Shown here: one piece after another, positions 1 to 12,928 of the stretch
Layout of the letters: every line of letters begins with the position of its first letter
Numbering within the stretch: the first letter of the stretch is position 1
Assembly (NCBI RefSeq): GCF_017348835.2
Contig: NZ_CP071375.1
Strand: one strand, 5' to 3'
Length of the DNA stretch: 64,000 bases
From: Escherichia coli
GTDB taxonomy: Bacteria; Pseudomonadota; Gammaproteobacteria; Enterobacterales; Enterobacteriaceae
The notes under the pieces: generated by a model
Databases searched by the model: none
Seen by the model: the letters and a program-made list of their open reading frames with translations, nothing else
Told to the model about the DNA's origin: nothing
Program-made: the position numbers and the translations under genes

Positions 1-427
1 TATTTAACAGTTGGCAATTATCACATAATAATGTGTGTAAATTGATGGTGGATTGATGCAAATTTGTTAATTGCAATGGTGTTAGCTGCGGTTGTGTGCT
101 CAAAAAATAATCTGCAATGGGCGTGGGTTGACGATATATAATATATTCTCCGTTAAGATGATTTTTGGTATCTCATTAAAAAACAAGTCATTTTTTCTTG
201 ATTGCATTTTGTTATCAGAAACAACTAGCTTTTTCTTTTATGACTATTCCCATCGCAGAAAACGATGTGTCATTTTAAATCGATGCGCGGAAATATTTAA
301 CTTGAACAAGCGGAAATAAATAGAGCAGCTATTCAGATTATTCTTTATGTTGGGGCTATTAAGGTTATGTTAATTGTAGCTTTGCTATGCTAGTAGTAGA
401 TTTTTGATAAATGTTTTATGGTCACAA

Positions 428-988
428 ATGAACGTGAGTAAATATGTCGCTATCTTTTCCTTTGTTTTTATTCAGTTAATCAGCGTTGGTAAAGTTTTTG
501 CTAACGCAGATGAGTGGATGACAACGTTTAGAGAAAATATTGCACAAACCTGGCAACAGCCTGAACATTATGATTTATATATTCCTGCCATCACCTGGCA
601 TGCACGTTTCGCTTACGACAAAGAAAAAACCGATCGCTATAACGAGCGACCGTGGGGTGGCGGTTTTGGCCTGTCGCGTTGGGATGAAAAAGGAAACTGG
701 CATGGCCTGTATGCCATGGCATTTAAGGACTCGTGGAACAAATGGGAACCGATTGCCGGATACGGATGGGAAAGTACCTGGCGACCGCTGGCGGATGAAA
801 ATTTTCATTTAGGTCTGGGATTCACCGCTGGCGTAACGGCACGCGATAACTGGAATTACATCCCTCTCCCGGTTCTACTGCCATTGGCCTCCGTGGGTTA
901 TGGTCCAGTGACTTTTCAGATGACCTACATTCCGGGTACCTACAACAATGGCAATGTGTACTTTGCCTGGATGCGCTTTCAGTTTTGA
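428..988 (+). CDS. pagP: Lipid A palmitoyltransferase PagP (outer-membrane beta-barrel)
   Basis: ORF 404..988 translation matches PagP; start moved to the internal ATG at 428 (MNVSKYV...), giving 186 aa with an N-terminal signal peptide. Confidence 0.9.
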   Translation: MNVSKYVAIFSFVFIQLISVGKVFANADEWMTTFRENIAQTWQQPEHYDLYIPAITWHARFAYDKEKTDRYNERPWGGGFGLSRWDEKGNWHGLYAMAFKDSWNKWEPIAGYGWESTWRPLADENFHLGLGFTAGVTARDNWNYIPLPVLLPLASVGYGPVTFQMTYIPGTYNNGNVYFAWMRFQF

Positions 989-1162
989 GACAAATGAAGT
1001 TTTAGTAAATTCTTTAAAATCAATCACTAAAATAATTAACATCAAAAATAACGCGACTTTTATCACTTTTTAGTGAAGTTGCACTGGACAAAGCGTACCA
1101 CAATTGGTGTACTGGTAACCGACACAGCATTTGTGTCTATTTTTCATGTAAAGGTAATTTTG

Positions 1163-1372
1163 ATGTCTAAGATTAAAGGTAACGTTAAGTGGTTTAATGA
1201 GTCCAAAGGATTCGGTTTCATTACTCCGGAAGACGGCAGCAAAGACGTGTTCGTACACTTCTCTGCAATCCAGACTAATGGTTTTAAAACTCTTGCTGAA
1301 GGTCAGCGCGTAGAGTTCGAAATCACTAACGGTGCCAAAGGCCCTTCTGCTGCAAACGTAATCGCTCTGTAA
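1163..1372 (+). CDS. cspE: Cold-shock-domain protein CspE
   Basis: C-terminal 69 aa of ORF 1073..1372 ([20 protein letters not shown]...) is a CspA-family protein; ATG at 1163. Confidence 0.93.
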
Positions 1373-1392
1373 GATACGTCAGCAAGAATTCA

Positions 1393-1420
1393 AAACCCGC
1401 TTAATCAGCGGGTTTTTTTT
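1393..1420. terminator. Rho-independent terminator between convergent cspE and crcB
   Basis: GC stem aaacccgc/gcgggttt with loop, followed by an 8-T run on the + strand. Confidence 0.8.
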
Positions 1421-1425
1421 GGTCT

Positions 1426-1809
1426 TTAGTGTGCGGTTGAGGCCGAAAACAGCCAGAATGCCAGTGCGGTCATGGCAAAAGACCCCAGAAGGTTGACGAA
1501 AACGTTCAGTAACGCCCAGCCAAAGCGGCCCTCTTGTAACAAAAACACCACTTCTGCCGAAAATGTTGAGAAGGTTGTTAGACCGCCACAAAATCCGGTG
1601 GTGATTAATACTTTCCACACTGGATCAATGTTCGTCATCCTGCTGAACCAGGCGCATCCCATTCCTATGATGAATGCCCCAATCAGGTTTGCTGCCAGTG
1701 TCCCCAACGGAATCGCCTGATGCAGCGGGTTAAATCGCATACTTAACAGCCATCTCGCCACGCTTCCCGTACCACCGCCAATAAAAACTGCTAAAAGAAG
1801 TTGTAACAC
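1426..1809 (-). CDS. crcB: Fluoride ion channel CrcB/FluC
   Basis: 127-aa hydrophobic protein with the CrcB family signature (GGxTTFSTFS). Confidence 0.9.
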   Translation of the reverse strand: MLQLLLAVFIGGGTGSVARWLLSMRFNPLHQAIPLGTLAANLIGAFIIGMGCAWFSRMTNIDPVWKVLITTGFCGGLTTFSTFSAEVVFLLQEGRFGWALLNVFVNLLGSFAMTALAFWLFSASTAH

Positions 1810-1895
1810 TGCAAAATCCTGCTATTTGATTTGTATGAGTGATAAGTGTAACGCCGAATAATCGTCGTTGGCGAATTTTACGACTCTGACAGGAG

Positions 1896-2690
1896 GTGGC
1901 AATGCTGGTTGCTGCAGGACAGTTTGCTGTTACATCTGTGTGGGAAAAGAACGCTGAGATTTGTGCCTCGTTGATGGCGCAGGCGGCGGAAAACGACGTA
2001 TCGCTGTTTGTCCTGCCGGAAGCATTGCTGGCGCGCGATGATCATGATGCGGATCTATCGGTTAAATCAGCACAGCTGCTGGAAGGCGAATTCCTCGGGC
2101 GTTTACGGCGAGAAAGTAAACGTAACATGATGACGACAATTCTGACGATTCATGTTCCTTCAACGCCGGGGCGCGCATGGAATATGCTGGTGGCGCTACA
2201 GGCAGGAAACATTGTCGCCCGTTATGCCAAACTGCATCTCTATGATGCATTTGCCATTCAGGAATCACGCCATGTTGATGCTGGTAATGAAATAGCTCCG
2301 TTACTGGAGGTGGAAGGGATGAAGGTCGGTCTGATGACCTGTTATGACTTACGCTTTCCAGAGCTGGCGCTGGCACAGGCATTACAGGGAGCTGAAATCC
2401 TGGTGCTTCCTGCCGCCTGGGTTCGCGGGCCGCTCAAAGAGCATCACTGGTCAACGTTGCTTGCCGCTCGTGCGCTGGATACCACCTGTTATATGGTGGC
2501 GGCGGGGGAGTGCGGGAACAAAAATATCGGGCAAAGCCGGATTATAGATCCCTTTGGCGTCACCATTGCGGCAGCGTCAGAAATGCCTGCACTCATTATG
2601 GCGGAAGTGACGCCCGAACGTGTGCGTCAGGTGCGCGCGCAACTGCCCGTCTTAAACAACCGTCGCTTTGCGCCGCCGCAATTATTATGA
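1896..2690 (+). CDS. ybeM: Carbon-nitrogen hydrolase (nitrilase superfamily) YbeM, intact reading frame
   Basis: 264-aa ORF with strong RBS (aggagg) upstream of ATG 1896; nitrilase-family features (E...K...C triad region, [10 protein letters not shown]). Confidence 0.8.
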   Translation: MAMLVAAGQFAVTSVWEKNAEICASLMAQAAENDVSLFVLPEALLARDDHDADLSVKSAQLLEGEFLGRLRRESKRNMMTTILTIHVPSTPGRAWNMLVALQAGNIVARYAKLHLYDAFAIQESRHVDAGNEIAPLLEVEGMKVGLMTCYDLRFPELALAQALQGAEILVLPAAWVRGPLKEHHWSTLLAARALDTTCYMVAAGECGNKNIGQSRIIDPFGVTIAAASEMPALIMAEVTPERVRQVRAQLPVLNNRRFAPPQLL

Positions 2691-2818
2691 TGTTTTGTTA
2701 CTCGGCGCTTGATTCACCTTGTTACAGATTGCTATTGTGTGCGCGCGTCGAATGACCGTTAATATTCTCTGGTTTTTAAGGCGTGTTCTGTTGCCGGTTA
2801 TATGTCAAGAAGGTATCT

Positions 2819-3022
2819 ATGGGTGAGATTAGTATTACCAAACTGCTGGTAGTTGCGGCGCTGGTCGTTCTGCTGTTTGGGACTAAGAAGTTACGTACGC
2901 TGGGCGGAGACCTTGGAGCGGCCATTAAAGGGTTCAAGAAGGCGATGAATGATGACGATGCTGCGGCGAAAAAAGGCGCAGACGTTGATCTTCAGGCTGA
3001 AAAGCTCTCTCATAAAGAGTGA
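2819..3022 (+). CDS. tatE: Twin-arginine translocase subunit TatE
   Basis: 67 aa from the internal ATG at 2819 ([25 protein letters not shown]...), TatA/E family; ORF-track start at 2783 is too far upstream. Confidence 0.9.
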   Translation: MGEISITKLLVVAALVVLLFGTKKLRTLGGDLGAAIKGFKKAMNDDDAAAKKGADVDLQAEKLSHKE

Positions 3023-3062
3023 CGTGGCGAGCAGGAGGCTCCCTCAATATCTTGTTCGATAC

Positions 3063-3094
3063 AAAAAACCCGCTTCAAAAAGCGGGTTTTTTAT
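3063..3094. terminator. Bidirectional rho-independent terminator (tatE / lipA convergent)
   Basis: aaaaaacccgctt..aagcgggtttttt: stem flanked by an A-run and a T-run. Confidence 0.8.
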
Positions 3095-3122
3095 CAGACA
3101 GATGTAAGTAATTATTACAGGA

Positions 3123-4088
3123 TTACTTAACTTCCATCCCTTTCGCCTGCAAATCGGCGTGGTAAGAAGAGCGGACAAACGGACCGCATGCAGCATGGGT
3201 AAAGCCCATCGCCAGCGCTTCGGCTTTCATTTCGTCGAACTCATCCGGGCTAACGTAACGTTGAACCGGCAGGTGATGGCGGCTTGGCTGCAAATATTGC
3301 CCCAGCGTTAACATCGTCACACCATGACGGCGCAGGTCGCGCATTACTTCAATAATCTCTTCATTGGTTTCACCCAGACCCACCATCAGACCAGACTTGG
3401 TCGGGATTTCCGGATGCGCTTCTTTAAAGCGTTCCAGCAGCTTCAGCGACCAGTTGTAATCTGCGCCAGGCCGTACCTGCCGGTAAATACGCGGTACGTT
3501 TTCCAGGTTATGGTTGAACACATCTGGGGGCGTTGCAGTCAGAATATCCAGAGCACGATCCATTCGACCGCGGAAATCCGGCACCAGAGTTTCAATTTTG
3601 ATTTGCGGGCTTTTTTCCCGAATGGCAGTAATACAATCCGCAAAGTGTTGGGCACCGCCATCGCGCAGGTCATCACGGTCAACGGAGGTGATAACCACAT
3701 AACGCAGCGCCATATCGGCAATGGTCTGCGCCAGTTTCACTGGCTCATTGGCATCAGGAGCTACCGGGCGACCGTGGGCAACGTCACAGAACGGACAACG
3801 GCGGGTACAAATAGCGCCGAGGATCATAAACGTTGCTGTGCCGTGGTTGAAGCATTCCGCCAGGTTAGGGCAGGAGGCTTCCTCGCAGACAGAATGCAGG
3901 CCATTTTTGCGCATTGCGGCTTTGATGCCCTGGATACGTGTAGAGTCCGCTGGAAGCTTGATTTTCATCCATTCCGGCTTGCGCAGCAGGGCTTCGCGCT
4001 CTGTTGCCACGTTTTTAACCGGGATAAGGGCCATCTTATCGGCATCGCGGTATTTAACACCGCGTTCCATCACAATGGGTTTACTCAT
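3123..4088 (-). CDS. lipA: Lipoyl synthase (radical SAM)
   Basis: 321 aa; two Cys clusters ([15 protein letters not shown]) typical of LipA. Confidence 0.97.
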
Positions 4089-4296
4089 AGCGTGCGTGTT
4101 CCAGTTGCGAATTACGAAGGAAAGCGTTTCAATTCAATAGATTGTTGTAATTATCAACTATTTTTGAATTAACGACTGGCAGTATATCATTGAAACGGAC
4201 CTGAAAGCAGCCAAAGCGGTCGCGAAAATGTAAAATTGTTGTTGGATTGTGCCATTTTATCGTTCTGCGCTGTGATCTGGCTGTAACAATACTTTT

Positions 4297-5250
4297 TCAA
4301 AATGCATTACGTATAACATCTATTACTCCGTGCAGGATGGGATCACGCAGGCTGAATTTGTTGTAGTGGATAGAGAAATCTATTTGCTCCTCATTTAAGG
4401 ACGGAAAAGGCAGTTTTTCCAGCGGCCAGCAGCGGCTAAACAGGTTATAAAAACGGCTGGGAATAATCGCTAACATGTCACTGTTGGCAACCAGTGCAGC
4501 GATTGTCAAAATGTTGTAGCTGGTGAAATTGATTTGCCGGTCCGGAAACATCTCTTGAACTCTCTGCCGCAGACCGCTGAAATTTTGCCCTTCCGGTAAC
4601 AGGAGTACATGCGCAGCGTTGTCGATAGTCTCTCTGTCATCTTCTAAAGAGAGTAGTGGATTTCCCTCGCGGCAAATTAACACCATATTGTCGGTGAACA
4701 GAACATGATGTTGCACCGTACGATTGGTGCAAAACATGTTATCGATGATGAGATCGGTTTGAAACTGACTGAGTTGGTTTTCCGCGTCGCTGATGGGCGG
4801 GTTGCGCAGTAAAAGCTGCGGATAGTGAGTTTTAATCGCCCGATAGATGACAGGAAGGACCAGGGCTCCGACCGAGGGAGTGGTCGCAATAGTTATCGTT
4901 CGTTGCTTATCATAGCTTCCTTCGATATCCAGCGCGCCAAGAATGGACTCAAGGCCCTGACTGATATACTCATGTAGATGCATCGCAAATGCGGTAGGAG
5001 TGACACCCTGGCCTTTGCGAATAAACAATGGGTCAGGGAATATAACGCGCAGTTTCTGAATAGACTGACTGATTGCCGAGGGGGTCAGATTAAGCACTTT
5101 CGCTGCATTAACGATCCCTTTATGTACATATACAGCTTCAAAAATAGTCAGAAGGTTAAGATCAATATTTCGTAAGGTTGTAAATATTTGTGGTTTACCT
5201 TCTGACGACTTTCTGCTTAAACAGGGTTCAATTTGATTATTACTATCCAC
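4297..5250 (-). CDS. ybeF: LysR-family transcriptional regulator YbeF
   Basis: 317 aa; N-terminal LysR-type HTH (DLNLLTIFEAVYVHKGIVNAAKVLNLTPSAISQSIQKLR). Confidence 0.88.
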   Translation of the reverse strand: MDSNNQIEPCLSRKSSEGKPQIFTTLRNIDLNLLTIFEAVYVHKGIVNAAKVLNLTPSAISQSIQKLRVIFPDPLFIRKGQGVTPTAFAMHLHEYISQGLESILGALDIEGSYDKQRTITIATTPSVGALVLPVIYRAIKTHYPQLLLRNPPISDAENQLSQFQTDLIIDNMFCTNRTVQHHVLFTDNMVLICREGNPLLSLEDDRETIDNAAHVLLLPEGQNFSGLRQRVQEMFPDRQINFTSYNILTIAALVANSDMLAIIPSRFYNLFSRCWPLEKLPFPSLNEEQIDFSIHYNKFSLRDPILHGVIDVIRNAF

Positions 5251-5508
5251 GCACTTACTCCAATTTTATTCATGGAAAAATAATATTTAAAAAATTACAA
5301 TAATCTTATGTCTAATTGGAACGGAACGCTTTTGCTCACCATAATCAACTATTTCAATAGGTTAATCAATGGGGTGAGTTACGGAGCAAGGCGTAGCACC
5401 GCATTTCTGCAAGTGATAAAGAAAATATACAAACACGAAGGAGATGTAAAGCATTAGCAGGTATTATGAGTAATGACCCAGTGTAAATTGGGCCATTGAT
5501 GTATGGAA

Positions 5509-6150
5509 TTAAGTGGTAATATATTCGAAGTCAGGATTGTTTAGTAGCGCTAAAATATTTTCCAGTAAACGTGGAGCAATATTATTAGTCGTCGCTTCGG
5601 GTTTCCATTGTGATATTTTAGCCATTTCCATTCCGGCATACCCACAAGGATTAATACGTAAAAATGGTGAAAGATCCATATTGACGTTTAATGCCAGACC
5701 GTGGAATGAACAACCGCGTCGAATACGTAAACCCAGTGAGCAAATTTTCTTTTCCCCGACATAGACACCTGGCGCGTCAGCCCGAGGATGCGCTTCTATA
5801 CCCAGTTCAGCCAGGGTATTCACCACTGTTTGCTCAAGCAAGGTCACCAGTTCACGCACACCGAGTTTACGGCGTTTCAGGTTAAGCAACACATACATCA
5901 CCTGTTGCCCCGGCCCGTGATAAGTCACCTGTCCACCGCGATCGCTCTGGATCACCGGAATATCACCCGGCATTAAAATGTGCTCCGCTTTTCCTGCCTG
6001 CCCTTGGGTGAATACCGGATAGTGCTCGACCAGCCAGATTTCATCAAGGGTACTATCATCGCGGGTATCGGTGAATTCATGCATAGCCTGGGAGATTGGC
6101 TCGTAAGGCTGAAGACCGAGCTGGCGGACAAGAATTTTATCCTGATACAA
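5509..6150 (-). CDS. lipB: Octanoyltransferase LipB
   Basis: 213-aa ORF matches LipB. Confidence 0.93.
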   Translation of the reverse strand: MYQDKILVRQLGLQPYEPISQAMHEFTDTRDDSTLDEIWLVEHYPVFTQGQAGKAEHILMPGDIPVIQSDRGGQVTYHGPGQQVMYVLLNLKRRKLGVRELVTLLEQTVVNTLAELGIEAHPRADAPGVYVGEKKICSLGLRIRRGCSFHGLALNVNMDLSPFLRINPCGYAGMEMAKISQWKPEATTNNIAPRLLENILALLNNPDFEYITT

Positions 6151-6250
6151 AACGGCATCTCCGTGGAGAATGAGTAAAAGTGGGGGAAAAGTATATCACA
6201 GCGAGGAGAGGGGAGTTACCCGACCAGGGGCCGGGTAACGGAGAAGCGAG

Positions 6251-6514
6251 TTACAGAACCATGCGGACAATATCGATTTTGCCCAGTTCTTCATACAGTG
6301 TTTCAACCTGCTCGATATGAGTGGCGTTGATAGTGATAGATACCGAGTGGTAGTTGCCTTTGCTGCTTGGTTTTACCGTTGGGGTGTAGTCACCTGGCGC
6401 ATGGCGCTGTACCACTTCAACCACCTGATCAACCAGCTCAGGTAACGCCTGCCCCATAACTTTGTAAGTAAAAGGAGTAGGGAATTCAAGCAGTTCGTTA
6501 AGTTTGGTTTTCAT
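6251..6514 (-). CDS. ybeD: UPF0250 protein YbeD
   Basis: 87-aa ORF matches YbeD. Confidence 0.9.
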
Positions 6515-6546
6515 GTCAGCTCCGGCGTAACGTAATTAAATAGCAA

Positions 6547-6573
6547 CTCCCGCCAGAAGGCGGGAGTTTTTTT
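6547..6573. terminator. Stem-loop terminator between dacA and ybeD
   Basis: ctcccgcc-agaa-ggcgggag followed by T7 on +; the minus-strand side is also U-rich. Confidence 0.6.
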
Positions 6574-6624
6574 ACTGATGCTTAGTATATGGGGACGGAA
6601 ATTACACTTTCAAGTGTTCAATTT

Positions 6625-7836
6625 TTAACCAAACCAGTGATGGAACATTAATTTAATGTAATCAATGATTTTGCCGAAGAAGTTACCTTCCGGGATTTCT
6701 TGCAACACAACCAGCGGGCGTTGCTCGATCGTTTTGCCATCAAGCTGGAAGTTGATAGTTCCGACGACCTGATTCTTTTGCAGCGGCGCATGCAATTCAC
6801 TGCTGTTCAGCACATAGCTGGCTTTCAGATCTTTCATGCGACCACGCGGAATGGTCAGGTACACGTCTTTATCAACCCCTAACGAAGCGCGATCAGAATC
6901 ACCAAACCAAACCGGTTCAGAGGCGAACTCTTTACCTACTTTCAGTGGGTTAACGGTTTCGAAGAAACGGAAGCCCCAGGTTAGCAGTTTTTTACTTTCG
7001 GCTTCACGGCCTTTAAAAGTACGTCCGCCCATCACCGCAGAAATCAAGCGCATCTGGCCTTCAGTCGCAGAAGCAACAAGGTTGTAACCTGCTTTGTCAG
7101 TGTGTCCGGTTTTGATGCCGTCGACATTCAGGCTGTTATCCCATAACAGGCCGTTACGGTTCAGCTGGCGAATACCGTTAAACGTAAATTCTTTTTCTTT
7201 ATAGATCGAGTATTCATTCGGTACGTCACGGATCAATGCCTGGCCGATCAGCGCCATATCTCGCGCGGAGCTGTACTGACCATCAGCATCCAGACCATGT
7301 ACCGTCTGGAAGTGGGTGTTTTTCAGGCCCAGGGCGTTAACGTAGCTGTTCATCAAGCCAACAAAAGCGTCCTGGCTACCAGCGGCAAAATCGGCCATGG
7401 CGACACAAGCATCGTTACCCGATTGCAGGTTTATACCGCGGATCAGCTGAGAAACCGGAACCTGCATGCCCGGTTTGAGAAACATCAGCGAAGAACCTTT
7501 AAACACCGGGTTACCGGTGGCCCATGCGTCGTTGCCGATAGTGACTAAATCAGTTTCTTTAAATTTACCGGCTTTCATTGCCTGGCCGATAACGTAACTG
7601 GTCATCATTTTGGTCAGGCTGGCAGGATCGCGGCGGACATCTGCGTTCTGTTCGGCGAGCACTTTGCCGGAGTTATAGTCAATCAGGATGTAGGACTCCG
7701 CATCGATCTGCGGTACACCCGGGATCATAGTTTTGATATTCAGGTCATCGGCATGTGCAGCAGAGATAAAGGCTGTGCAAAGAGCCGTGGTGAGCGCCAG
7801 GCGCTTCATGATACGAGCGGAAAAAATGGTATTCAT
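6625..7836 (-). CDS. dacA: D-alanyl-D-alanine carboxypeptidase PBP5
   Basis: 403 aa; signal peptide, SxxK motif, C-terminal amphipathic anchor. Confidence 0.96.
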
Positions 7837-7975
7837 GGTCTGAACTACGACATCCGTGATGGAATTAAAAAAAGTGCCCTACTATAGCAAATGCACTACC
7901 GGCAGGCATCTGACTTTCCGCGTGACTTTGTTAACGTCATTTACAGAAATTGACACATCAGATGCCTGCTTTACG

Positions 7976-9064
7976 CTACTGCGCGGTGGTAATAAATGAC
8001 TGTAATTGGGCTTCGGTTTGCAAACGTTGCTGCAAGGTACTGGCTTCGGCTTTGCTGGCGAATGGGCCAAGCTGGATCCGCCAGACCGCGCCATTTTGAG
8101 TTACGCGACCGGGGACGCCGAACTTCTGTCCCAGTTGCTGTTGGTACTGTTGCGCACGAGCCTGATCGCTAACGGCCCCGACTTGCACCATAAAGTTGCC
8201 GCTGGCGCTTTGCGAGGCGGCTTGCGGTGTCACCATTGCAGGCGAGGTTGCAGGCGTTGTCGACGGAGCTGTAACAACGGGCTGTGGAGCAGGCGTCGGT
8301 TCGCTGCCTTCCAGTACACCAGGCGCTAAGGTCGTTGGTGCGCCGAGGAAACCGCTGCTGGTTACCGGCGCGCCGGTCGGATCTTCGCTTTTTAGCGTCG
8401 AATTACTGACTGGAAGAATGTCACCCTGCGGGCCAGATACTGAACTTGTTCCCGCGCCACCGCTTAAATCGGGAGGTGCAGGCAGGGCGTAAGTCTGTTT
8501 GGCGACTGTGGTACAAGCCATACCAGGACCAGAAAGCGAACCATCCTGGGCGACAATAATCGGATCGATACGAACTTTGGTGTTGTTTGACGTGTTAAGA
8601 CGGTCAGCTGCCGCGCGAGAAAGTGAAATAACGCGGTCGTTGCCGTAAGGACCGCGATCATTAATGCGCACCACGATCATTCGCCCGTTAGCCAGGTTAG
8701 TGATTCTGGCGTAGCTGGGGATCGGAAGCGTTGGATGGGCCGCCGTCAGCTGTGTCGGATCGAAAGCTTCGCCAGAGGCCGTCAGGTTACTGCCTGGTTC
8801 GGCATCATAGATTGCCGCCAGTCCCGCTTGGCTAAATCGAGACGGATCCTGCACGATTTTGTAGCTTTTACCGTCGCGCTGGTAATCCTGATTTGCCGTC
8901 GCGTTCAGTGGTTCGAAACGCGGGTCCGCCCCGCTAATTTCAACTATGGGGCCGTTACATACCGCAGGCTGCGGTACACTTACCGTCTGTTGCTGACCAT
9001 CATCGCTTGTACATGCCGCGAGCATTCCTGCCGCGATGCAGATCCCGAGCCACTGCTTACGCAT
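7976..9064 (-). CDS. rlpA: Septal-ring lytic transglycosylase / rare lipoprotein A
   Basis: 362 aa; lipoprotein signal (LAAC), DPBB region, Pro/Thr-rich linker, C-terminal SPOR-like region. Confidence 0.94.
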   Translation of the reverse strand: MRKQWLGICIAAGMLAACTSDDGQQQTVSVPQPAVCNGPIVEISGADPRFEPLNATANQDYQRDGKSYKIVQDPSRFSQAGLAAIYDAEPGSNLTASGEAFDPTQLTAAHPTLPIPSYARITNLANGRMIVVRINDRGPYGNDRVISLSRAAADRLNTSNNTKVRIDPIIVAQDGSLSGPGMACTTVAKQTYALPAPPDLSGGAGTSSVSGPQGDILPVSNSTLKSEDPTGAPVTSSGFLGAPTTLAPGVLEGSEPTPAPQPVVTAPSTTPATSPAMVTPQAASQSASGNFMVQVGAVSDQARAQQYQQQLGQKFGVPGRVTQNGAVWRIQLGPFASKAEASTLQQRLQTEAQLQSFITTAQ

Positions 9065-9074
9065 TGCGCACCTC

Positions 9075-10187
9075 TTACACGCTTTTCGACAACATTTTCC
9101 TGTGGGTGTGGATTGACATTACAATCCCGAACCCAGCCATCAGCACAATTAGCGCCGATCCTCCATAACTGACCAGTGGGAGCGGAACCCCTACAACCGG
9201 CAGAATACCGCTTACCATACCAATATTTACGAAGACATAAACGAATAATATCAGCATTAAGCCACCAGCCATGACGCGACCAAAGGTGGTTTGCGCTCTG
9301 GCGGCTATCCACAGCCCGCGCATGATCAGCAGAATGTAGAGAGCGAGCAGAATCAGAATGCCCACTAATCCCAGCTCTTCCGCCAGTACCGCGAAGATAA
9401 AGTCAGTATGGCGTTCGGGGAGAAATTCAAGCTGTGACTGAGTGCCGTGCAGCCAGCCTTTGCCGCGTAATCCGCCGGAGCCAATAGCAATTTTAGACTG
9501 AATAATGTGATAGCCCGCGCCGAGTGGGTCTGATTCCGGGTCCAGGAGCATCATTACGCGCTGGCGCTGGTAATCATGCATCAGGAAGAACCACAGAATC
9601 GGAATGAACGCCGCTACCAGCACTACTGCGACGCCAATCAGACGCCAGCTAAGGCCAGAGAGGAACAGTACAAACAGACCGGAAAGCGCAACGAGGATTG
9701 ATGTTCCCAGGTCAGGCTGTGCAGCCACCAGCAGCGTGGGCATAAATATCAGCACCAGCGCGATGCCAGTGTTCTTCAACGATGGCGGGCAAACGTCGCG
9801 GTTGATAAAGCGCGCAACCATCAGTGGTACGGCTATTTTGGCAATTTCCGACGGCTGAAAACGAACAATACCGAGGTCCAGCCAGCGTTGAGCGCCTTTA
9901 GAGATGGCACCGAAAGCATCTACCGCCACCAGCAAAATAATACAGATGATATAGAGATAGGGGGCCCAGCCTTCATAAACGCGTGGAGGAATTTGCGCCA
10001 TCACCACCATGATGACCAGACCCATCGCGATTTGGCCTATTTTACGCTCCATCATGCCAATATCCTGACCGCTGGCGCTCCAGATAACCAGGGCGCTGTA
10101 AACCAGCAATGCCAGTAAGATCAGCAGCATTGTGGGATCGAGATGGACTTTATCCCAGAATGTTTTTTTATTCGGATTATCCGTCAT
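9075..10187 (-). CDS. mrdB: Peptidoglycan glycosyltransferase RodA (SEDS family)
   Basis: 370-aa polytopic membrane protein matching RodA. Confidence 0.96.
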   Translation of the reverse strand: MTDNPNKKTFWDKVHLDPTMLLILLALLVYSALVIWSASGQDIGMMERKIGQIAMGLVIMVVMAQIPPRVYEGWAPYLYIICIILLVAVDAFGAISKGAQRWLDLGIVRFQPSEIAKIAVPLMVARFINRDVCPPSLKNTGIALVLIFMPTLLVAAQPDLGTSILVALSGLFVLFLSGLSWRLIGVAVVLVAAFIPILWFFLMHDYQRQRVMMLLDPESDPLGAGYHIIQSKIAIGSGGLRGKGWLHGTQSQLEFLPERHTDFIFAVLAEELGLVGILILLALYILLIMRGLWIAARAQTTFGRVMAGGLMLILFVYVFVNIGMVSGILPVVGVPLPLVSYGGSALIVLMAGFGIVMSIHTHRKMLSKSV

Positions 10188-10189
10188 GA

Positions 10190-12091
10190 TTAATGGTCCT
10201 CCGCTGCGGCAACCGCTGGATTTTCCGCAGGCAGATCGGTGTTGTTATCACCCAGCATAATGTGGTCGAGGATCTGGCGCATCAGCGTACCAACCGCCGG
10301 ACCCGCGCCGCCGTTCTCCAGAATCATGGCGACAGCCACTTGCGGATTGTTGTATGGCGCAAAGGCGGTCATCAGTTTGTGGTCACGTAAACGCTCGGCA
10401 ATCTTGTGCGCATTATAGGTTTCGTTCGCTTTCAGACCGAAGACCTGAGCGGTACCAGATTTCGCCGCAATTTTGTACGGTGCGCTGGCAAAGTATTTAT
10501 GCGCCGTACCGTTAGGGCGGTTAGCAACACCGTACATACCGTCTTTCGCCAGCTCCCAGTAACCGGAATGAATATCGCCGACGGGCGGTTCATGCGGTTG
10601 TACCCATGGCACCTGTTTGCCGTCTTCGGCGGTGCTCATCAGCAAATGCGGAACCTTCACGATACCGTCATTAATCAGGATCATTAGTGCCTTACTCATC
10701 TGGATTGGGGTCGCTGTCCAGTAACCCTGACCGATACCAACCGGAATGGTGTCACCCTGATACCACGGTTTTTTAAAGCGTTTCTGTTTCCATTCGCGGG
10801 TAGGCATGTTGCCGGAACGTTCTTCCGCCAGGTCGATACCGGTGTAATGACCATAACCGAATTTACCCATCCATTCGGAGAGGCGATCGATCCCCATATC
10901 GTAGGCCACCTGATAGAAGAAGGTATCCGCAGATTCTTCCAGCGATCTTGTGACATTCAGACGCCCGTGGCCCCATTTTTTCCAGTCACGATAACGTTTT
11001 TCCGAACCTGGCAGTTGCCACCAGCCTGGGTCAAACAGCGTCGTATTGCGCGTGATCACCCCGGCGCTCAATGCCGAAACCGCTACATAGGGTTTAACTG
11101 TAGACGCGGGAGGATAAACCCCCTGTGTGGCGCGGTTCACCAGCGGTGTATTCGGGTCGTTCAACAAGGCGGAATAATCTTTGCTGGAGATACCGTCAAC
11201 AAACAAGTTTGGGTCATAACTAGGCGTGGAAACCAGCGCCAGCACCCCACCTGTACGCGGATCGGTGACTACCACAGCTGCGCGGCTACCCGCCAGCAGC
11301 GTTTCAATATATTGCTGGAGTTTGAGATCCAGCGTCAGGTAAATATCGTGTCCGGCTTGCGGTGGTACTTCTTTTAACTGGCGAATAACACGCCCACGGT
11401 TGTTAACTTCAACCTCTTCATAACCGGTCTGACCGTGCAGCACATCTTCATAGTAACGCTCAATGCCCAGCTTACCGATATCATGCGTTGCCGCATAGTT
11501 GGCCAGTTTGCCGTCATTATTCAGGCGTTCGACGTCTTTATCGTTGATTTTCGACACATAGCCGATGACGTGGGTCAACGCCGAGCCGTAAGGATAGTAA
11601 CGACGTTTATAGCCTTTAACTTCAACACCCGGAAAACGGTACTGATTGACGGCAAAGCGAGCTACTTGTACTTCGGTCAGGTTAGTTTTCACCGGAATAG
11701 AGGTGAAACGGTGTGAACGTGCGCGCTCTTTTCGGAATGCAGCAATATCGTCATCGGTCAGATCTACCACGCTGCGCAAAGCGTCCAGCGTTTGCTGCAC
11801 GTTATCGACTTTCTCCGGCATCATTTCTATCTGGTAGATAGTGCGGTTGAGTGCCAGAGGGATACCGTTACGGTCGTAGATAATGCCGCGGCTGGGCGCG
11901 ATAGGCACCAGCTTAATGCGGTTTTCATTAGAGCGGGTCTGGTAGTCGGTAAAGCGAACAATTTGCAGATTATACAGGTTGGCGATAAGCACGCCGGTCA
12001 GCAGCAAAATCCCCAAAAAGGCGACCAGCGCCCGGCGCACAAACAGCGCGGACTCTGCCGTATAGTCGCGAAAAGAGTTCTGTAGTTTCAT
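10190..12091 (-). CDS. mrdA: Penicillin-binding protein 2 (elongasome transpeptidase)
   Basis: 633 aa; N-terminal TM segment and transpeptidase domain. Confidence 0.96.
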   Translation of the reverse strand: MKLQNSFRDYTAESALFVRRALVAFLGILLLTGVLIANLYNLQIVRFTDYQTRSNENRIKLVPIAPSRGIIYDRNGIPLALNRTIYQIEMMPEKVDNVQQTLDALRSVVDLTDDDIAAFRKERARSHRFTSIPVKTNLTEVQVARFAVNQYRFPGVEVKGYKRRYYPYGSALTHVIGYVSKINDKDVERLNNDGKLANYAATHDIGKLGIERYYEDVLHGQTGYEEVEVNNRGRVIRQLKEVPPQAGHDIYLTLDLKLQQYIETLLAGSRAAVVVTDPRTGGVLALVSTPSYDPNLFVDGISSKDYSALLNDPNTPLVNRATQGVYPPASTVKPYVAVSALSAGVITRNTTLFDPGWWQLPGSEKRYRDWKKWGHGRLNVTRSLEESADTFFYQVAYDMGIDRLSEWMGKFGYGHYTGIDLAEERSGNMPTREWKQKRFKKPWYQGDTIPVGIGQGYWTATPIQMSKALMILINDGIVKVPHLLMSTAEDGKQVPWVQPHEPPVGDIHSGYWELAKDGMYGVANRPNGTAHKYFASAPYKIAAKSGTAQVFGLKANETYNAHKIAERLRDHKLMTAFAPYNNPQVAVAMILENGGAGPAVGTLMRQILDHIMLGDNNTDLPAENPAVAAAEDH

Positions 12092-12121
12092 CCGCTGCGT
12101 TTTCTACTCAAAGCTCCCTTA

Positions 12122-12589
12122 TCACTCACGGTGATAAGGATGGTTGGTGGTGATGCTCCACGCCCGGTACAGACTCTCTGCGACCAGCACGCGAACCAGC
12201 GGATGGGGGAGGGTAAGCGCCGACAGCGACCAGCTCTGCTCCGCCGCCGCTTTACAGGCAGGCGACAACCCTTCAGGCCCGCCAATCAGTAGACTGACGT
12301 CGCGACCATCCAGCTTCCAGCGTTCCAGCTCAGCGGCTAACTGCGGCGTATCCCAGGGCTTGCCTGGAATATCGAGGGTGACAATGCGGTTTTTGCCTGC
12401 GGCCGCCAACATCTGCTCACCCTCTTTGTCGAGTATGCGCTTGATGTCCGCATTCTTGCCGCGTTTTCCGGCCGGAATTTCAATCAGCTCGAAGGGCATA
12501 TCTTTCGGAAAACGACGCAGGTACTCGGTAAAACCGGTTTGTACCCAGTCCGGCATTTTCGTTCCCACGGCGACAAGTTGCAGCTTCAC
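12122..12589 (-). CDS. rlmH: 23S rRNA (pseudouridine1915-N3)-methyltransferase RlmH
   Basis: 155-aa SPOUT-family protein. Confidence 0.94.
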
Positions 12590-12592
12590 GCA

Positions 12593-12928
<336 letters not shown>

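Noticed and set aside
92-319. 75-aa ORF in the AT-rich region upstream of pagP
   Set aside because: Low-complexity, AT-rich translation with no RBS; more likely promoter/regulatory DNA.
1810-1895. Possible fluoride riboswitch upstream of crcB
   Set aside because: The 86-bp crcB-ybeM spacer shows none of the conserved riboswitch segments I can recall, and by recall E. coli crcB lacks this riboswitch; a covariance-model scan would settle it.
3324-4172. 282-aa ORF antisense to lipA
   Set aside because: Same antisense artefact pattern; lipA on the opposite strand is unambiguous.
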